Notes: a model not told the origin generated them from the letters alone. 63,639 nt of DNA from Eubacteriales bacterium (GCA_045627885.1 JAZQOM010000011.1:1-63639); one strand, 5' to 3'; counted from the stretch's first letter, positions 1 to 9,760 are shown. A program made the numbers and translations.

Positions 1-51
1 AAAAAGATTTTATGTAAACTGTAAAAATTAAACACAGGTTCAAAAAAGAGG

Positions 52-78
52 AATGACGGGCTTTATAAGCCCGTCATT
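52..78 (-). terminator. Hairpin plus T-run, probable distal terminator of the clpC operon
   Basis: 12-bp perfect stem AATGACGGGCTT/AAGCCCGTCATT with a 3-nt loop. On the minus strand it is followed by CCTCTTTTTTG. Confidence 0.55.
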
Positions 79-164
79 ATTGCCTTTTTCCGTTCTTTTC
101 CTCTGTCGTACATTTGTACGCCGACGAAGAAAAGAACGAAAAATATCCCTTCGTTTTCAGCACT

Positions 165-223
165 CTTTCAGTCTGCTGACTTTGTCAGCAGACTGAAAGC
201 CTCTGTCGAGGCTTTATTTTTTT
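165..223. terminator. Compound hairpins directly after the clpC stop
   Basis: 16-bp perfect stem CTTTCAGTCTGCTGAC/GTCAGCAGACTGAAAG at 165-199. A short GCCTC/GAGGC hairpin follows at 199-212, then TTTATTTTTTT on the plus strand. Confidence 0.5.
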
Positions 224-2693
224 ATCTGTGTTCGTAAACCGTTTTGCCGCCTGTATATTTTGCAATTATTTTATCGCCTGCTTTGACCTTGCCTTCAAGT
301 ATCTCAACCGAAAGCGTATCGTCAATCATCTTTGCACAGGCACGCTTGAGCGGTCTTGCTCCGTACATTTCGTCAAATCCCTCGTCGGAAATCTTCTCAA
401 TAATACTGTCGTCGAATTCAAGCTCGATATTCATATCCGAAACGCGTTTTTTTATAGTCGAAAGGAGCAACAGCGTTATTTTTTTGATATCGTCTTTTGT
501 GAGCTTATCGAAGACTGTAATTTCGTCAAGTCTGTTTATGAATTCGGGGCGGAACTGCGACTTCAAGCTGTCCATTACGACGGAGCGCGTTCTTTCTCTG
601 TCGGCTTCCTCGGAGCTTACATCTCCGAAGCCGAGCTTTTTGACGGAGCTTGTAATGCCCGTCGCTCCGACATTCGAGGTCATTATGATTATCGCGTTTT
701 TGAAATCCACTTTTCTGCCGTGTGCGTCGGTGAGCTGACCGTCGTCGAGTATCTGCAAAAGTATATTGAAGACATCAGGATGAGCCTTTTCAATCTCGTC
801 GAATAAAAGCACGCAATAGGGGTGACGGCGGAGCTTTTCGGTGAGCTGTCCGGCTTCATCGTAGCCGACATATCCGGGAGGCGAGCCGATAAGCTTTGAG
901 ACGCTGTGCTTTTCCATATATTCGGACATATCTATTCTAATAAGACTGTCTTCACCGCCGAAGAGTACATCGGCAAGCGTTTTGCACAGTTCTGTTTTGC
1001 CGACGCCCGTCGGTCCAAGGAACATAAAGCTGCCGACCGGTCGTTTAGGGTCTTTGAGCCCCGTGCGGGAACGGCGTATCGCCTTTACAACGGCATCTAC
1101 CGCCGCATCCTGACCGATTATTCTCTCGTGAAGAATATTGCCGAGAGATAAGAGCTTTTCGCTTTCGCTTTGCTCAAGCTTGCTTACGGGAATTCCCGTC
1201 CACTGCTCTACGACATTGGCGATATCGTGTTCGCTTATTGAGAGCATCGTGCCGTCTCTTTTGTTTTTCCACTCGGATTTTTTCTTTTCAAGCTCATCGC
1301 AAACTGCTTTCTCCTCATCGCGAAGCTTTGCCGCTTTTTCGAATTCCTGCGCTTTTACCGCGCTTTCTTTTTCGGCTTTAAGCTTTTCTATCTTCTGCTC
1401 GGCTTCTTTTATTTCGGGCGGTGCGGAAAGTGCGTTTATGCGTACTCTCGATGCCGTTTCATCGATAAGGTCGATAGCCTTGTCAGGCAGAAATCTGTCG
1501 CTTATATACCTTATCGACATTTTTACGGCGGCTTCTATCGCGTCATCGCCAATTTTTACCTTATGATGAGCTTCGTATTTGTCGCGCAAGCCCTTTAATA
1601 TTGCTATCGATTCTTCTTCCGTGGGCTCACTTACCGTGACGGACTGAAAACGCCTTTCGAGCGCGGCATCTTTTTCGATGTATTTGCGGTATTCGGATAT
1701 CGTTGTTGCGCCGATGAGCTGGAGCTTTCCTCTTGCAAGCGCGGGCTTTAAGATATTTGCCGCATCAATCGCGCCCTCGGCGGCACCCGCTCCGATTAAG
1801 GTGTGAATTTCGTCGATAAACAGAATAATATTGCCGTTCTTTTCGACTTCCTCCATTACCTTTTTGAATCGCTCCTCGAATTCTCCTCTGTATTTTGCTC
1901 CTGCAAGCATTCCCGCAAGGTCGAGAGTTACTATGGATTTTCCGATGAGAGTTTCGGGAACGCTTCCGTCAACGATTCTCTCGGCAAGTCCTTCCGCTAC
2001 CGCGGTTTTGCCTACGCCCGGTTCACCTATAAGGCAGGGATTGTTTTTTGTTCTTCTCGAAAGAATCTGCACAACTCTCTGCATCTCGGATTCGCGTCCG
2101 ATTATCGGGTCGAGCTTGCCTTGCTTTGCCATATCGGTAAGACTGTGCCCGAACTGCGCGAGGGTGGGGCAGGATTTTAATGATTCTGATACCTCTTTGG
2201 CGTTTTCTTTTGGCAAAGAGCCGTCTTCGCCGTAGTATCCGTCGCTTCCGCCGCCTTCCGCGTTTTCTCTGAAGAAATCTATAAGCTTGATATACATTTC
2301 TTTGGGAGATACGCCGAACGCCGTAAGAATCTTTACCGCTACGCAGTCACTTTCAGCCAAAACTGCAAGCATTATATGCTCTGTACCGACAAAGCTTCCG
2401 TTAAGCTTTGAAGCAATTAGCTGCGAGCCTGCGAGAATTTTCTTTGACCTCGGCGTAAAATCATCCTTTGTAAGCATGGTCTTTTCGGATGAGCCGTAAT
2501 TTTCGGTGACACAGCTCTCGACATCTTCTTTGCTTATACCTTTGTCAAAAAGTATCTTTGCCGCCATTCCTTCGCCGCAGTCGAGAATACCATACAGAAT
2601 ATGCTCGCTTCCGATGTATTCGTGACCGAGCTTTTGTGCGAATTCTATCGCAAGCTCAAGCGCTTTTTCGGCAGATTCGGTAAATCTGTTCAT
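222..2693 (-). CDS. clpC: ATP-dependent Clp protease ATP-binding subunit ClpC
   Basis: 823 aa. N-terminal Clp repeat ([12 protein letters not shown]), two AAA+ P-loops ([16 protein letters not shown]) and a UVR-like coiled-coil linker. Last gene of the ctsR-mcsA-mcsB-clpC cluster. Confidence 0.95.
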   Translation of the reverse strand: MNRFTESAEKALELAIEFAQKLGHEYIGSEHILYGILDCGEGMAAKILFDKGISKEDVESCVTENYGSSEKTMLTKDDFTPRSKKILAGSQLIASKLNGSFVGTEHIMLAVLAESDCVAVKILTAFGVSPKEMYIKLIDFFRENAEGGGSDGYYGEDGSLPKENAKEVSESLKSCPTLAQFGHSLTDMAKQGKLDPIIGRESEMQRVVQILSRRTKNNPCLIGEPGVGKTAVAEGLAERIVDGSVPETLIGKSIVTLDLAGMLAGAKYRGEFEERFKKVMEEVEKNGNIILFIDEIHTLIGAGAAEGAIDAANILKPALARGKLQLIGATTISEYRKYIEKDAALERRFQSVTVSEPTEEESIAILKGLRDKYEAHHKVKIGDDAIEAAVKMSIRYISDRFLPDKAIDLIDETASRVRINALSAPPEIKEAEQKIEKLKAEKESAVKAQEFEKAAKLRDEEKAVCDELEKKKSEWKNKRDGTMLSISEHDIANVVEQWTGIPVSKLEQSESEKLLSLGNILHERIIGQDAAVDAVVKAIRRSRTGLKDPKRPVGSFMFLGPTGVGKTELCKTLADVLFGGEDSLIRIDMSEYMEKHSVSKLIGSPPGYVGYDEAGQLTEKLRRHPYCVLLFDEIEKAHPDVFNILLQILDDGQLTDAHGRKVDFKNAIIIMTSNVGATGITSSVKKLGFGDVSSEEADRERTRSVVMDSLKSQFRPEFINRLDEITVFDKLTKDDIKKITLLLLSTIKKRVSDMNIELEFDDSIIEKISDEGFDEMYGARPLKRACAKMIDDTLSVEILEGKVKAGDKIIAKYTGGKTVYEHR

Positions 2694-2707
2694 TTGTTAT
2701 TCCTCCT

Positions 2708-3721
2708 TTACAAGAGTGTTTTCTTGATAAGCTCGGCTCTTTTTCTGTCTCTTGCCGCTTCCTTGGGGAGTGCATCGCTTTCTTCGTAGAGCGTATGCGG
2801 AGCGGTTTCGATAAGCAGTTTGTCAAGAGTTGCGTAATCTATGTTTTCTATTGCTCCGAGGCTTATTCCGAGCCTTATATCGGAGTAAAGCTTGACATAT
2901 TCAGATGCGGACATAAGATGCGCATAGCGCAGAATTCCCTCTGCCCGTGACGCCATATCGTCAATGGCATCGCGCGCGGTCGAATATATCTGTTTTCTTG
3001 CAAGTCTTTCACGCTCAATAAGCTTTGTGACGAACGAGCCGAGCTTGTCGCAGAGTTGCTTTTCGGTAAAGCCGAGCGTTTCTCTGTTGGATATCTGATA
3101 AATATATCCTTTTGCGTCGCTGCCCTCGCCGTAGAATCCCCGAACGGTAAATCCGAGCTGTGATGCCGCATTGAGTATGGGCGAAAGCTGCTTTGTCATA
3201 GAAAGCGCGGGCAGATGCATCATCACGGAAAGTCTTAATCCCGTGCCGAGATTTGTCGGGCATTTTGTTAAGTAGCCGAGCTTTTCATCAAAGCAGAAAT
3301 CAATGCTTTCGGATAAAAGGTCATCAACTCTGTCGGCAGTCTCGTACGCTTTTTCTATGTCAAAGCCCGGGACTATCGACTGAATTCTCAAATGGTCTTC
3401 TTCGCCTATCATTATGGCGATTCCGTCATCCTCGGAGAGTATCAGTTTCTTCGGCAGGGGAGCCTTGAGAAAATCTGTGCTTATATAATGCTTTTCAAAG
3501 TAAGAATATGCCTTGTTTTCGCTCAGCTCGGAGAAATTTACCGATTGCATATCGGTAAATCTTGCCGTTTTTACGGCTTCATCGACTTTGGCGATTATTT
3601 CTTCCATTCCTTTTTTCGAGAGCCTGTCGCCGAAAGGATATCCTTTTATGTTACGGGCAAGGCGTGCTCTCGTGCTTATACATATATCGCTTGAATTTGA
3701 GCTTTTTTCGTACCAATTCAT
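2708..3721 (-). CDS. mcsB: Protein arginine kinase McsB
   Basis: 337 aa with the ATP:guanido phosphotransferase signature CPTNLGTGLR. 4-nt ATGA overlap with mcsA. Confidence 0.9.
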   Translation of the reverse strand: MNWYEKSSNSSDICISTRARLARNIKGYPFGDRLSKKGMEEIIAKVDEAVKTARFTDMQSVNFSELSENKAYSYFEKHYISTDFLKAPLPKKLILSEDDGIAIMIGEEDHLRIQSIVPGFDIEKAYETADRVDDLLSESIDFCFDEKLGYLTKCPTNLGTGLRLSVMMHLPALSMTKQLSPILNAASQLGFTVRGFYGEGSDAKGYIYQISNRETLGFTEKQLCDKLGSFVTKLIERERLARKQIYSTARDAIDDMASRAEGILRYAHLMSASEYVKLYSDIRLGISLGAIENIDYATLDKLLIETAPHTLYEESDALPKEAARDRKRAELIKKTLL

Positions 3722-4242
3722 TGTTCGTCCTTGCCTTTCTCAAGATTTCTTATTTTGTCGCGCAGTTCTGCCGCTTTTTCAAAGTTTTCCGCTCTTATGG
3801 CTTCATCCTGTTCGGCTTTGAGCTTTTCTATCGTCTGTTCTTTTGTCAGCTTTGAAGGCTTTTTGTCAGCGGATTTTTCTTTTTCTTCGGATTTTTTGTG
3901 AAGCTTTGGGATTTTACCTTTATGGAACGGGAGACTGTGAAGTCTCGAAATTGTTGACTGAAGCTCTTTTTCAAAGCTCTTGTAGCATTCACCGCAGCCG
4001 ACATTACCGGAGCGTTGTATCTGTGCAAAGCTTGTGCGGCATACGGGACATACGGCTTTGTCGAAGCTCAAAAGCGGGGAAGAGAGCATATCCGAAAAAA
4101 GAAAATTCGAGATATCAAAATCTGCCGTTACACCGCTCTCTTGCGCACATTCGGAGCAAAGATAAAGCTCTACGGTATTGTTTCCGACTGTTCTTACAAT
4201 ATGAGTATTTGCTTCTTTCTGCTTACATTTTTGACATAACAT
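3718..4242 (-). CDS. mcsA: McsA (UvrB/UvrC-motif activator of McsB)
   Basis: 174 aa. Four CxxC pairs (CQKC, CSEC, CPVC, CGEC) and a C-terminal UVR motif (FEKAAELRDKIRNLE). Position between ctsR and mcsB fits. Confidence 0.85.
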   Translation of the reverse strand: MLCQKCKQKEANTHIVRTVGNNTVELYLCSECAQESGVTADFDISNFLFSDMLSSPLLSFDKAVCPVCRTSFAQIQRSGNVGCGECYKSFEKELQSTISRLHSLPFHKGKIPKLHKKSEEKEKSADKKPSKLTKEQTIEKLKAEQDEAIRAENFEKAAELRDKIRNLEKGKDEQ

Positions 4243-4254
4243 TATAAAAACACC

Positions 4255-4716
4255 TCATTTCTCAAAATCAAGAAGTCCGAGCACCGCGTTTCGCAGTACG
4301 GACGCTCTTACATCGTCACGGAGCACTACCGGCACGCAGTAAAGCGCTCTGTCGGAAAGCGCTTGTGTCAGCATTTCCGCCTCTCTTTGCGTGATGATTC
4401 CGTATCCGGCAAGATTTGATACAAATGCTTTTGCACTGTGATAGTCTATACTGTCATTTATAGCACTTAAAAAGTGCATAACATAGCCTATTCTGTCAAG
4501 CTCTATCTTTTTTATTTTTATATATCCGCCGCCGCCGCGCCTGCTTTCGACTATATATCCGTTTGCGGGAGTAAAACGCGAGGATATTACATAGTTTATC
4601 TGGCTCGGGACACAGCCTATCTGCTCGGCTAGAATGTTCCGCTGAAGCTCCGCTTCGCCGTTTCCGTCAGACAAAAGCTCATTTATGAGATTTGCTATCT
4701 GTTCACTTATTAACAT
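4255..4716 (-). CDS. ctsR: Class III stress gene repressor CtsR
   Basis: 153 aa with the glycine-rich loop RRGGGGYIKI typical of CtsR. First gene of the operon, with CtsR heptad repeats directly upstream. Confidence 0.9.
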   Translation of the reverse strand: MLISEQIANLINELLSDGNGEAELQRNILAEQIGCVPSQINYVISSRFTPANGYIVESRRGGGGYIKIKKIELDRIGYVMHFLSAINDSIDYHSAKAFVSNLAGYGIITQREAEMLTQALSDRALYCVPVVLRDDVRASVLRNAVLGLLDFEK

Positions 4717-4740
4717 AGTTCCACCTCTTTCTTCACGACT

Positions 4741-4769
4741 ATATTACCGCTAAAGTCAGTAAAAGTCAA
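4741..4769 (-). promoter_or_regulatory. Sigma-A-type promoter of the ctsR operon
   Basis: Read on the minus strand: -35 TTGACT (4769-4764), 17-nt spacer, -10 TAATAT (4746-4741). RBS AGAGGTGG lies before the ATG at 4716. Confidence 0.7.
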
Positions 4770-4802
4770 AGTCAATAAAAGTCAAAGTCAGACAAAGTCA
4801 AA
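4754..4802. promoter_or_regulatory. Array of three phased CtsR operators
   Basis: AGTCAGT-AAA-AGTCAAA (4754-4770), AGTCAAT-AAA-AGTCAAA (4770-4786) and AGTCAGA-CAA-AGTCAAA (4786-4802). Each fits the (A/G)GTCAAA-NAN-(A/G)GTCAAA consensus. The array overlaps the -35 element. Confidence 0.8.
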
Positions 4803-4839
4803 AAAGAATAGCGGGCAAATCTCACATTTGCTCGCTATT
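4800..4839 (-). terminator. Intrinsic terminator after the orphan metal-binding lipoprotein gene
   Basis: 14-bp stem AATAGCGGGCAAAT/ATTTGCTCGCTATT. The single mismatch is a G-U pair on the minus-strand RNA. CTTTTT follows on the minus strand. Confidence 0.7.
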
Positions 4840-4874
4840 TCTCATTTTTTCTCTTTTTTGCTCGCTTTTGACCT

Positions 4875-5801
4875 TTATCCGAGAGCCGCTTTCAGGCTTG
4901 TGATATTCTTTCTCATAAGGGAAATATAGCTTTCGTGTGAATCAAAATCGTCTTTGGATATGTTATGCAGGGAATAAAAAGTCATTATCTTTGCGCCTGT
5001 TGCTTCGGATATTGCCTCTGCGACATAACCGTCGCTAAGCTCTATCTTGAAAATGACAGGTATTTTTTCTTCTTTTACCTTGTTTATGATATAAGCGGTA
5101 GTTCTCGGGCTCGGCTCGGTTTTAGAGGAGCATCCCGGAAAAGCCGCACAGTACGAAAGTCCGTATTCCTCGGTAAAATAGCGTATCGGAAATCTGTCTG
5201 CCATCACTATAAGCTTTCGCTCGGCATTATCGGTGACGGCTCTGATATCGCGGTCGAGAATCTCAAGCTCTTCAATATATGCTTTTGCGTTTGCGGCAAA
5301 GTATTCCGAATCGTCGGGGGATGCCTTTTTCAGAGCTTCTTCTATAGCCGATACAATCTTTTCGGCATTTTTGGGTGAAGTCCATACATGCTCATCGTAT
5401 TCGCCGTCCGATTCTCCGTCCATACCTTCGGCTATCTCTTCGGTATAAAGTGTGACCTCGTCCATCATTTTTATAACGGTCATTTTGCCGCCTGCCGCCT
5501 CGAGAATCGTGTCTACCCATTCGTCGGATTCTCCGCCCGTACAGATGAATATATCGCAATTCTGTATTTTGAGAATATCGGCAGGGGACGGGTCGTAGGT
5601 GTGGCTCTCTTTTCCGGGAGAAAGCAGCATACTTACATCGGCTTTGTCCTTTGCTATGTTTTTCGCAAAGTCGTATGGTGGGAAATTCGTTGTTACTATC
5701 GAAAGCTTATCGCCGTCTTTTATCCCGGGAAATTTGCAGGATGAAAGCAGTGATGCCGCAATAATTACAAGCAGTATAAGCGCAAAGGCTTTTTTTATCA
5801 T
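4875..5801 (-). CDS. Metal ABC transporter substrate-binding lipoprotein (ZnuA/TroA family), orphan
   Basis: Start moved from 5840 to ATG 5801 (MIKKAF...), which overlaps the yebC stop as TAATG. Signal peptide with lipobox LLSSC. Family motifs HTYDPSP and EYDEHVWTS. Paralogous to the protein at 11258-12220. Confidence 0.8.
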   Translation of the reverse strand: MIKKAFALILLVIIAASLLSSCKFPGIKDGDKLSIVTTNFPPYDFAKNIAKDKADVSMLLSPGKESHTYDPSPADILKIQNCDIFICTGGESDEWVDTILEAAGGKMTVIKMMDEVTLYTEEIAEGMDGESDGEYDEHVWTSPKNAEKIVSAIEEALKKASPDDSEYFAANAKAYIEELEILDRDIRAVTDNAERKLIVMADRFPIRYFTEEYGLSYCAAFPGCSSKTEPSPRTTAYIINKVKEEKIPVIFKIELSDGYVAEAISEATGAKIMTFYSLHNISKDDFDSHESYISLMRKNITSLKAALG

Positions 5802-6541
5802 TATTCCTCTTCCTCGGCAGGCATATCCCAGTTGTGCCATACATTTGTAACATCGTCATTCTCGTCGAATGCGTCAAGAAGTCTGTTCATCTTGATTATT
5901 TCTTCCTCGTCCTCGAGAGTTACGGTTGTTGACGGAATCTTTGTCGCTTCTGCGGAAATAATCTTTACTCCGAAGCCGACAAGCGCCGACTTGACGGAAT
6001 CTACTGCGTTCGGGTCGCAGGAAATTTCGTAGCATTCGCTGTCATCTGTGTTTACATCGTCGGCGCCTGCCTCTATTGCGTAGTCGGTAATCTGTTCTTC
6101 GCTTACGCCTTCGGTGGAGGCGAGAATTATGCCCTTATCCGCAAACAGGAACGAAACGCATCCGGTTGTGCCCATATTTCCGCCGAATTTGTCGAAATAG
6201 TGGCGGATGTCGCCGCTTGTGCGGTTTCTGTTATCGGTCATAGCCTCAACTATAACGGCAATTCCGGAGGGGCCGTAGCCCTCGTAGTTGATTACCTCGT
6301 AGTTTGCGCTGTCTGCACTTGCCGCTTTCTTTATAGAGCGCTCAATATTGTCGTTGGGCACATTGTTTTCCTTTGCCTTTGCGATAAGGTCGCGGAGCTT
6401 GCTGTTGGAAGTGGGGTTGGGACCGCCTTCCTTAACGGCTATGGCTATCTCTTTTCCGATTTTTGTGAATATCTTTGCTCTTGCGGCATCATTCTTGCCC
6501 TTCTTGTGCATGATATTCTTCCATTTTGAATGTCCTGACAT
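5801..6541 (-). CDS. yebC: YebC/PmpR family DNA-binding regulator
   Basis: 246 aa. The N-terminus MSGHSKWKNIMHKKG..AARAKIFTK is diagnostic of the YebC family. Confidence 0.9.
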   Translation of the reverse strand: MSGHSKWKNIMHKKGKNDAARAKIFTKIGKEIAIAVKEGGPNPTSNSKLRDLIAKAKENNVPNDNIERSIKKAASADSANYEVINYEGYGPSGIAVIVEAMTDNRNRTSGDIRHYFDKFGGNMGTTGCVSFLFADKGIILASTEGVSEEQITDYAIEAGADDVNTDDSECYEISCDPNAVDSVKSALVGFGVKIISAEATKIPSTTVTLEDEEEIIKMNRLLDAFDENDDVTNVWHNWDMPAEEEE

Positions 6542-6566
6542 TGTTTTTTCCTCCGATATATGTTAA

Positions 6567-8252
6567 TTATATTTTATTTATGCAATCAAGTCCGATGAGC
6601 TTTAAGCAGGTGCCTATTACGGTTCTCGCGGCATTTGCGAGATTTATACGGGAGGCTCTTGTCTTCTCATCGCTTTCCCTTGCTATCGCGCAATCGTGAT
6701 AGAAGGTGTTGAACGCCTTGCAGACATCTATAAGACAACGGGTGACATACGACGGCTCGAGGTCGTGTATTGCCGCGGTAACTCTTTCGGGGAGCATTGA
6801 TATTGCCATAACAAGTTCACGCTCCGCGTCGCATCCGACGGATATCTCCTTTGTGTCGGGAAGTCCCGCCTTTTCAATTACACTGCAGGCTCTTGCGTAT
6901 GTGTACTGTGCATAGGGGCCCGTATTGCCGTCAAAGTTGAGAACATCGTCCCAGTTGAAATCGACATCTTTTATTCTGCTGTTGAACAAGAAGTTAAATA
7001 TAATCGCGCCTACTCCGACTTTTCTTGCAACCTCGTCCTTGTTGGGAAGCTCGGTGTTCTTTTCTTCCATTATCTGCGCGACCTTATTTATTGCCGTGTC
7101 AAAGAGGTCGGAAAGCAGAATCATATTTCCCGCTCTTGTCGAGAGCTTTTCGCCGTTAAGGCTTACCATACCGAACGGCACATGGTGAAGCTTAGGCGCA
7201 AAGTCGTAGCCCATAAGCTCTATTACTTTGAACCATTGAGCAAAGTGAAGAATCTGCTGGCTTGCCGTAACATAGATGCAACTGTCAAAGTTATAGGTTT
7301 TATGCCTGTATAACGCGGCGGTGATATCGCGTGTTGCGTAAAGCGTTGAGCCGTCGGACTTGAGTATGAGGCAGGGCGGCATCTTGTATTCTTCAAGGTC
7401 TATTATTGCCGCGCCGTCGTCATATTTGATTAGTCCCTTGTCCTTAAGTTCCTCTACTACGGGAGCCATTTTGTCGTTATAGAACGCTTCGCCGTTATAC
7501 GAATCGAAATGAACGCCGATGAGGTCGTACACTTTTTTGAATTCTTCAAGGCTTATTTCCCTGAACCATTTCCAATAGCCGAGAGCCTCCTTGTCGCCTT
7601 GTTCCATTTTTGCAAACCAAGCTCTTGCTTCGTCTTCAAGCTCGGGATGCTCTTCCGCTTCCTTGTGGAAGCGAACATATATCTTTGTGAGCTCGTCCAC
7701 TCCGCCGGCTTTTACTTTTTCGTCATTCGACCACTTTTTGAACGCGACGACAAGCTTGCCGAACTGCGTGCCCCAGTCACCGAGATAGTTGATACTTACT
7801 GTTTTATATCCTTCGAATGCGTGTATCAGCTTTAGTGAGTTTCCTATTACGGTTGACGGAAGATGACCGATATGGAATGTTTTTGCGATGTTGGGAGAGG
7901 AGTAGTCGAGAACAACGGTTTTTCCGTTGCCGCTTTGACTTGAGCCGAACTTTTCGCCCTTTTCGAGAACTTCCGCGGCAAGTCGTGAATATTCCTTGTC
8001 TGTGAGCTTGAAGTTTACATACGGGCCTGCGGCACTTACTGCGTATCTGTCGCCGCTTCCGATTGCGGCGGCTATATCCGATGCAATCATATTGGGAGCT
8101 TTCCTCAACGCTTTTGCAAGTCTGAAGCAGGGGAACGCTATATCTCCGAGAGCTCTGTCGGGCGGATATTCAAACCAACCGAGAATTTCCGCTTCGTCCA
8201 TTCCGACTATCGGAGCAAGCTTTTGCGCTATATCAATTTTGAGCTTTATCAT
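6567..8252 (-). CDS. argS: Arginine--tRNA ligase
   Basis: 561 aa. HIGH-type motif (FHIGHLPS) and the MSTR-type loop (KLSTRAGN). 4-nt overlap with murE. Confidence 0.95.
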   Translation of the reverse strand: MIKLKIDIAQKLAPIVGMDEAEILGWFEYPPDRALGDIAFPCFRLAKALRKAPNMIASDIAAAIGSGDRYAVSAAGPYVNFKLTDKEYSRLAAEVLEKGEKFGSSQSGNGKTVVLDYSSPNIAKTFHIGHLPSTVIGNSLKLIHAFEGYKTVSINYLGDWGTQFGKLVVAFKKWSNDEKVKAGGVDELTKIYVRFHKEAEEHPELEDEARAWFAKMEQGDKEALGYWKWFREISLEEFKKVYDLIGVHFDSYNGEAFYNDKMAPVVEELKDKGLIKYDDGAAIIDLEEYKMPPCLILKSDGSTLYATRDITAALYRHKTYNFDSCIYVTASQQILHFAQWFKVIELMGYDFAPKLHHVPFGMVSLNGEKLSTRAGNMILLSDLFDTAINKVAQIMEEKNTELPNKDEVARKVGVGAIIFNFLFNSRIKDVDFNWDDVLNFDGNTGPYAQYTYARACSVIEKAGLPDTKEISVGCDAERELVMAISMLPERVTAAIHDLEPSYVTRCLIDVCKAFNTFYHDCAIARESDEKTRASRINLANAARTVIGTCLKLIGLDCINKI

Positions 8253-9730
8253 TTTCCGACCGTCCTTTTTGCATAGTTTTCTACGATTTCTTTTTCGTTA
8301 AAAGGAATTTTCTTTCCTTCAATTTCCTCGTAATGCTGATGTCCCTTTCCGGGAATTATCACAATGTCGCCCTTTTTCGCCTTTGAGAGCGCATACTCTA
8401 TGGCTTCTTTTCTGTCTTTTATTACGGCATATTCGCCGCCTTTGTTTTCTTCAAGCCCTTTTTTTGTGCCGACCAAAATATCTTCTATTATGTCGTCGAG
8501 CTTTTCAAATCTCGGATTATCGGAGCATATTACCGAAAGCGCACTGTATTTTGCGGCGATGCTTCCCATATCGTAGCGCCTTGCTTTTGCTCTGTTTCCG
8601 CCGCAACCGAAGACTGTGATTATTTTGCCGTGCGGATAAAGACTTACCGTTTCGTAAAGGCTTTGCATACTGAGTGCGTTATGCGCGTAGTCCATAAGCA
8701 CCGTAAACGGAAGCCCCGTGTTTACTTTTTGCATTCTGCCTTCGACAAAAGCCTTGTAAAGTCCCTCTCTTACTTGCTCTGGCTCTGCGCCGAATGTCAT
8801 CGCGCAGGCTGCCGCCGCAAGCGAATTGTAAACCGTGAATTTGCCGGGAATATTCAAGGTGACGGGGAATTCTCCGTACGGTGAATGCAACATATATGAT
8901 GTTTTAAGTCCTTTTTCGTCGCTCTCGAATTTAATCTCATCAGCGTAGAAGTCGGACTTTCTTGTTGCGGAATACATCGTCGGGCGTCTGCCGAACGGAG
9001 CGGTGACATACATAAAATTGTCGTCGTCCATATTTGCAAACGCGTCGGTGCATTGAGAAAACAGAATGGATTTGCAGTCTCTGTATTCTTCAAAGCTCTT
9101 GTGTTCGCCCTCTCCGATATGGTCGGGGGATAAGTTTGTAAATATTGCCGCGTCAAACATTATGCCGTAGCTTCTGTGCATCATAAGTCCCTGCGATGAG
9201 ACTTCCATAACGCAGATATCGACATTCTGTTTTACCATTTCGGCAAGGTGTCTGTGTATCTCATAAGACTCTGGCGTGGAGTTGTCGGATTTCTCGAAAA
9301 CATCGCCGTAAATTATACCCGTTGTTCCGATTATGCCGACTTTTTTGCCCATTTCCTCGAATATTGAGCGAATCATAAAAGAAATGCTTGTTTTTCCCTT
9401 TGTGCCGGTGATTCCGACCGTAAATATTTTATCCGCGGGGCGGTCAAAAAAGTTTGCCGACAAAAGAGCAAGTGCTTTTCTCGTATCTTCGTAACGAAGA
9501 TAAACCGCGCCGTCTTTTTTTTCTATTTCTTTGGATACCGCAAAAAAGCGGCATCCGTTTTTGTATGCTGCATCTATATAGTCGTGACCGTCAACCGCCG
9601 TTCCGACGAGGCACACAAAAAGGCTTCCTTCTTTTGCCTTGCGTGAATCATAGCACAAAGAAGAAATTTCCGTATCGTCATATTTTTCGGTTATGCAGTT
9701 TGTATTGGATATCAGTTGCGATAAGAGCAT
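8249..9730 (-). CDS. murE: UDP-N-acetylmuramoyl-L-alanyl-D-glutamate--2,6-diaminopimelate ligase
   Basis: 493 aa with the Mur ligase P-loop GITGTKGKTS. The DNPR motif (SDNPRFE) is associated with meso-DAP-adding MurE enzymes. Confidence 0.88.
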   Translation of the reverse strand: MLLSQLISNTNCITEKYDDTEISSLCYDSRKAKEGSLFVCLVGTAVDGHDYIDAAYKNGCRFFAVSKEIEKKDGAVYLRYEDTRKALALLSANFFDRPADKIFTVGITGTKGKTSISFMIRSIFEEMGKKVGIIGTTGIIYGDVFEKSDNSTPESYEIHRHLAEMVKQNVDICVMEVSSQGLMMHRSYGIMFDAAIFTNLSPDHIGEGEHKSFEEYRDCKSILFSQCTDAFANMDDDNFMYVTAPFGRRPTMYSATRKSDFYADEIKFESDEKGLKTSYMLHSPYGEFPVTLNIPGKFTVYNSLAAAACAMTFGAEPEQVREGLYKAFVEGRMQKVNTGLPFTVLMDYAHNALSMQSLYETVSLYPHGKIITVFGCGGNRAKARRYDMGSIAAKYSALSVICSDNPRFEKLDDIIEDILVGTKKGLEENKGGEYAVIKDRKEAIEYALSKAKKGDIVIIPGKGHQHYEEIEGKKIPFNEKEIVENYAKRTVGK

Positions 9731-9760
9731 AGTTCCACTCCTGAAAAAAGCATATAATAT

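Noticed and set aside
54-200. 48-codon plus-strand ORF (MTGFISPSLLPF...) in the hairpin cluster
   Set aside because: The AGAGGA sequence is only 1 nt from the ATG. The ORF is built entirely from hairpin arms and has an Arg-rich nonsense tail. It is more likely structural RNA or DNA than coding.
4751-4806. Short tandem AAAGTCA repeats, considered as a possible CRISPR or mini-satellite
   Set aside because: The units are 7 nt with 3-nt spacers and match the CtsR operator consensus directly upstream of ctsR. This is not a repeat-spacer array.
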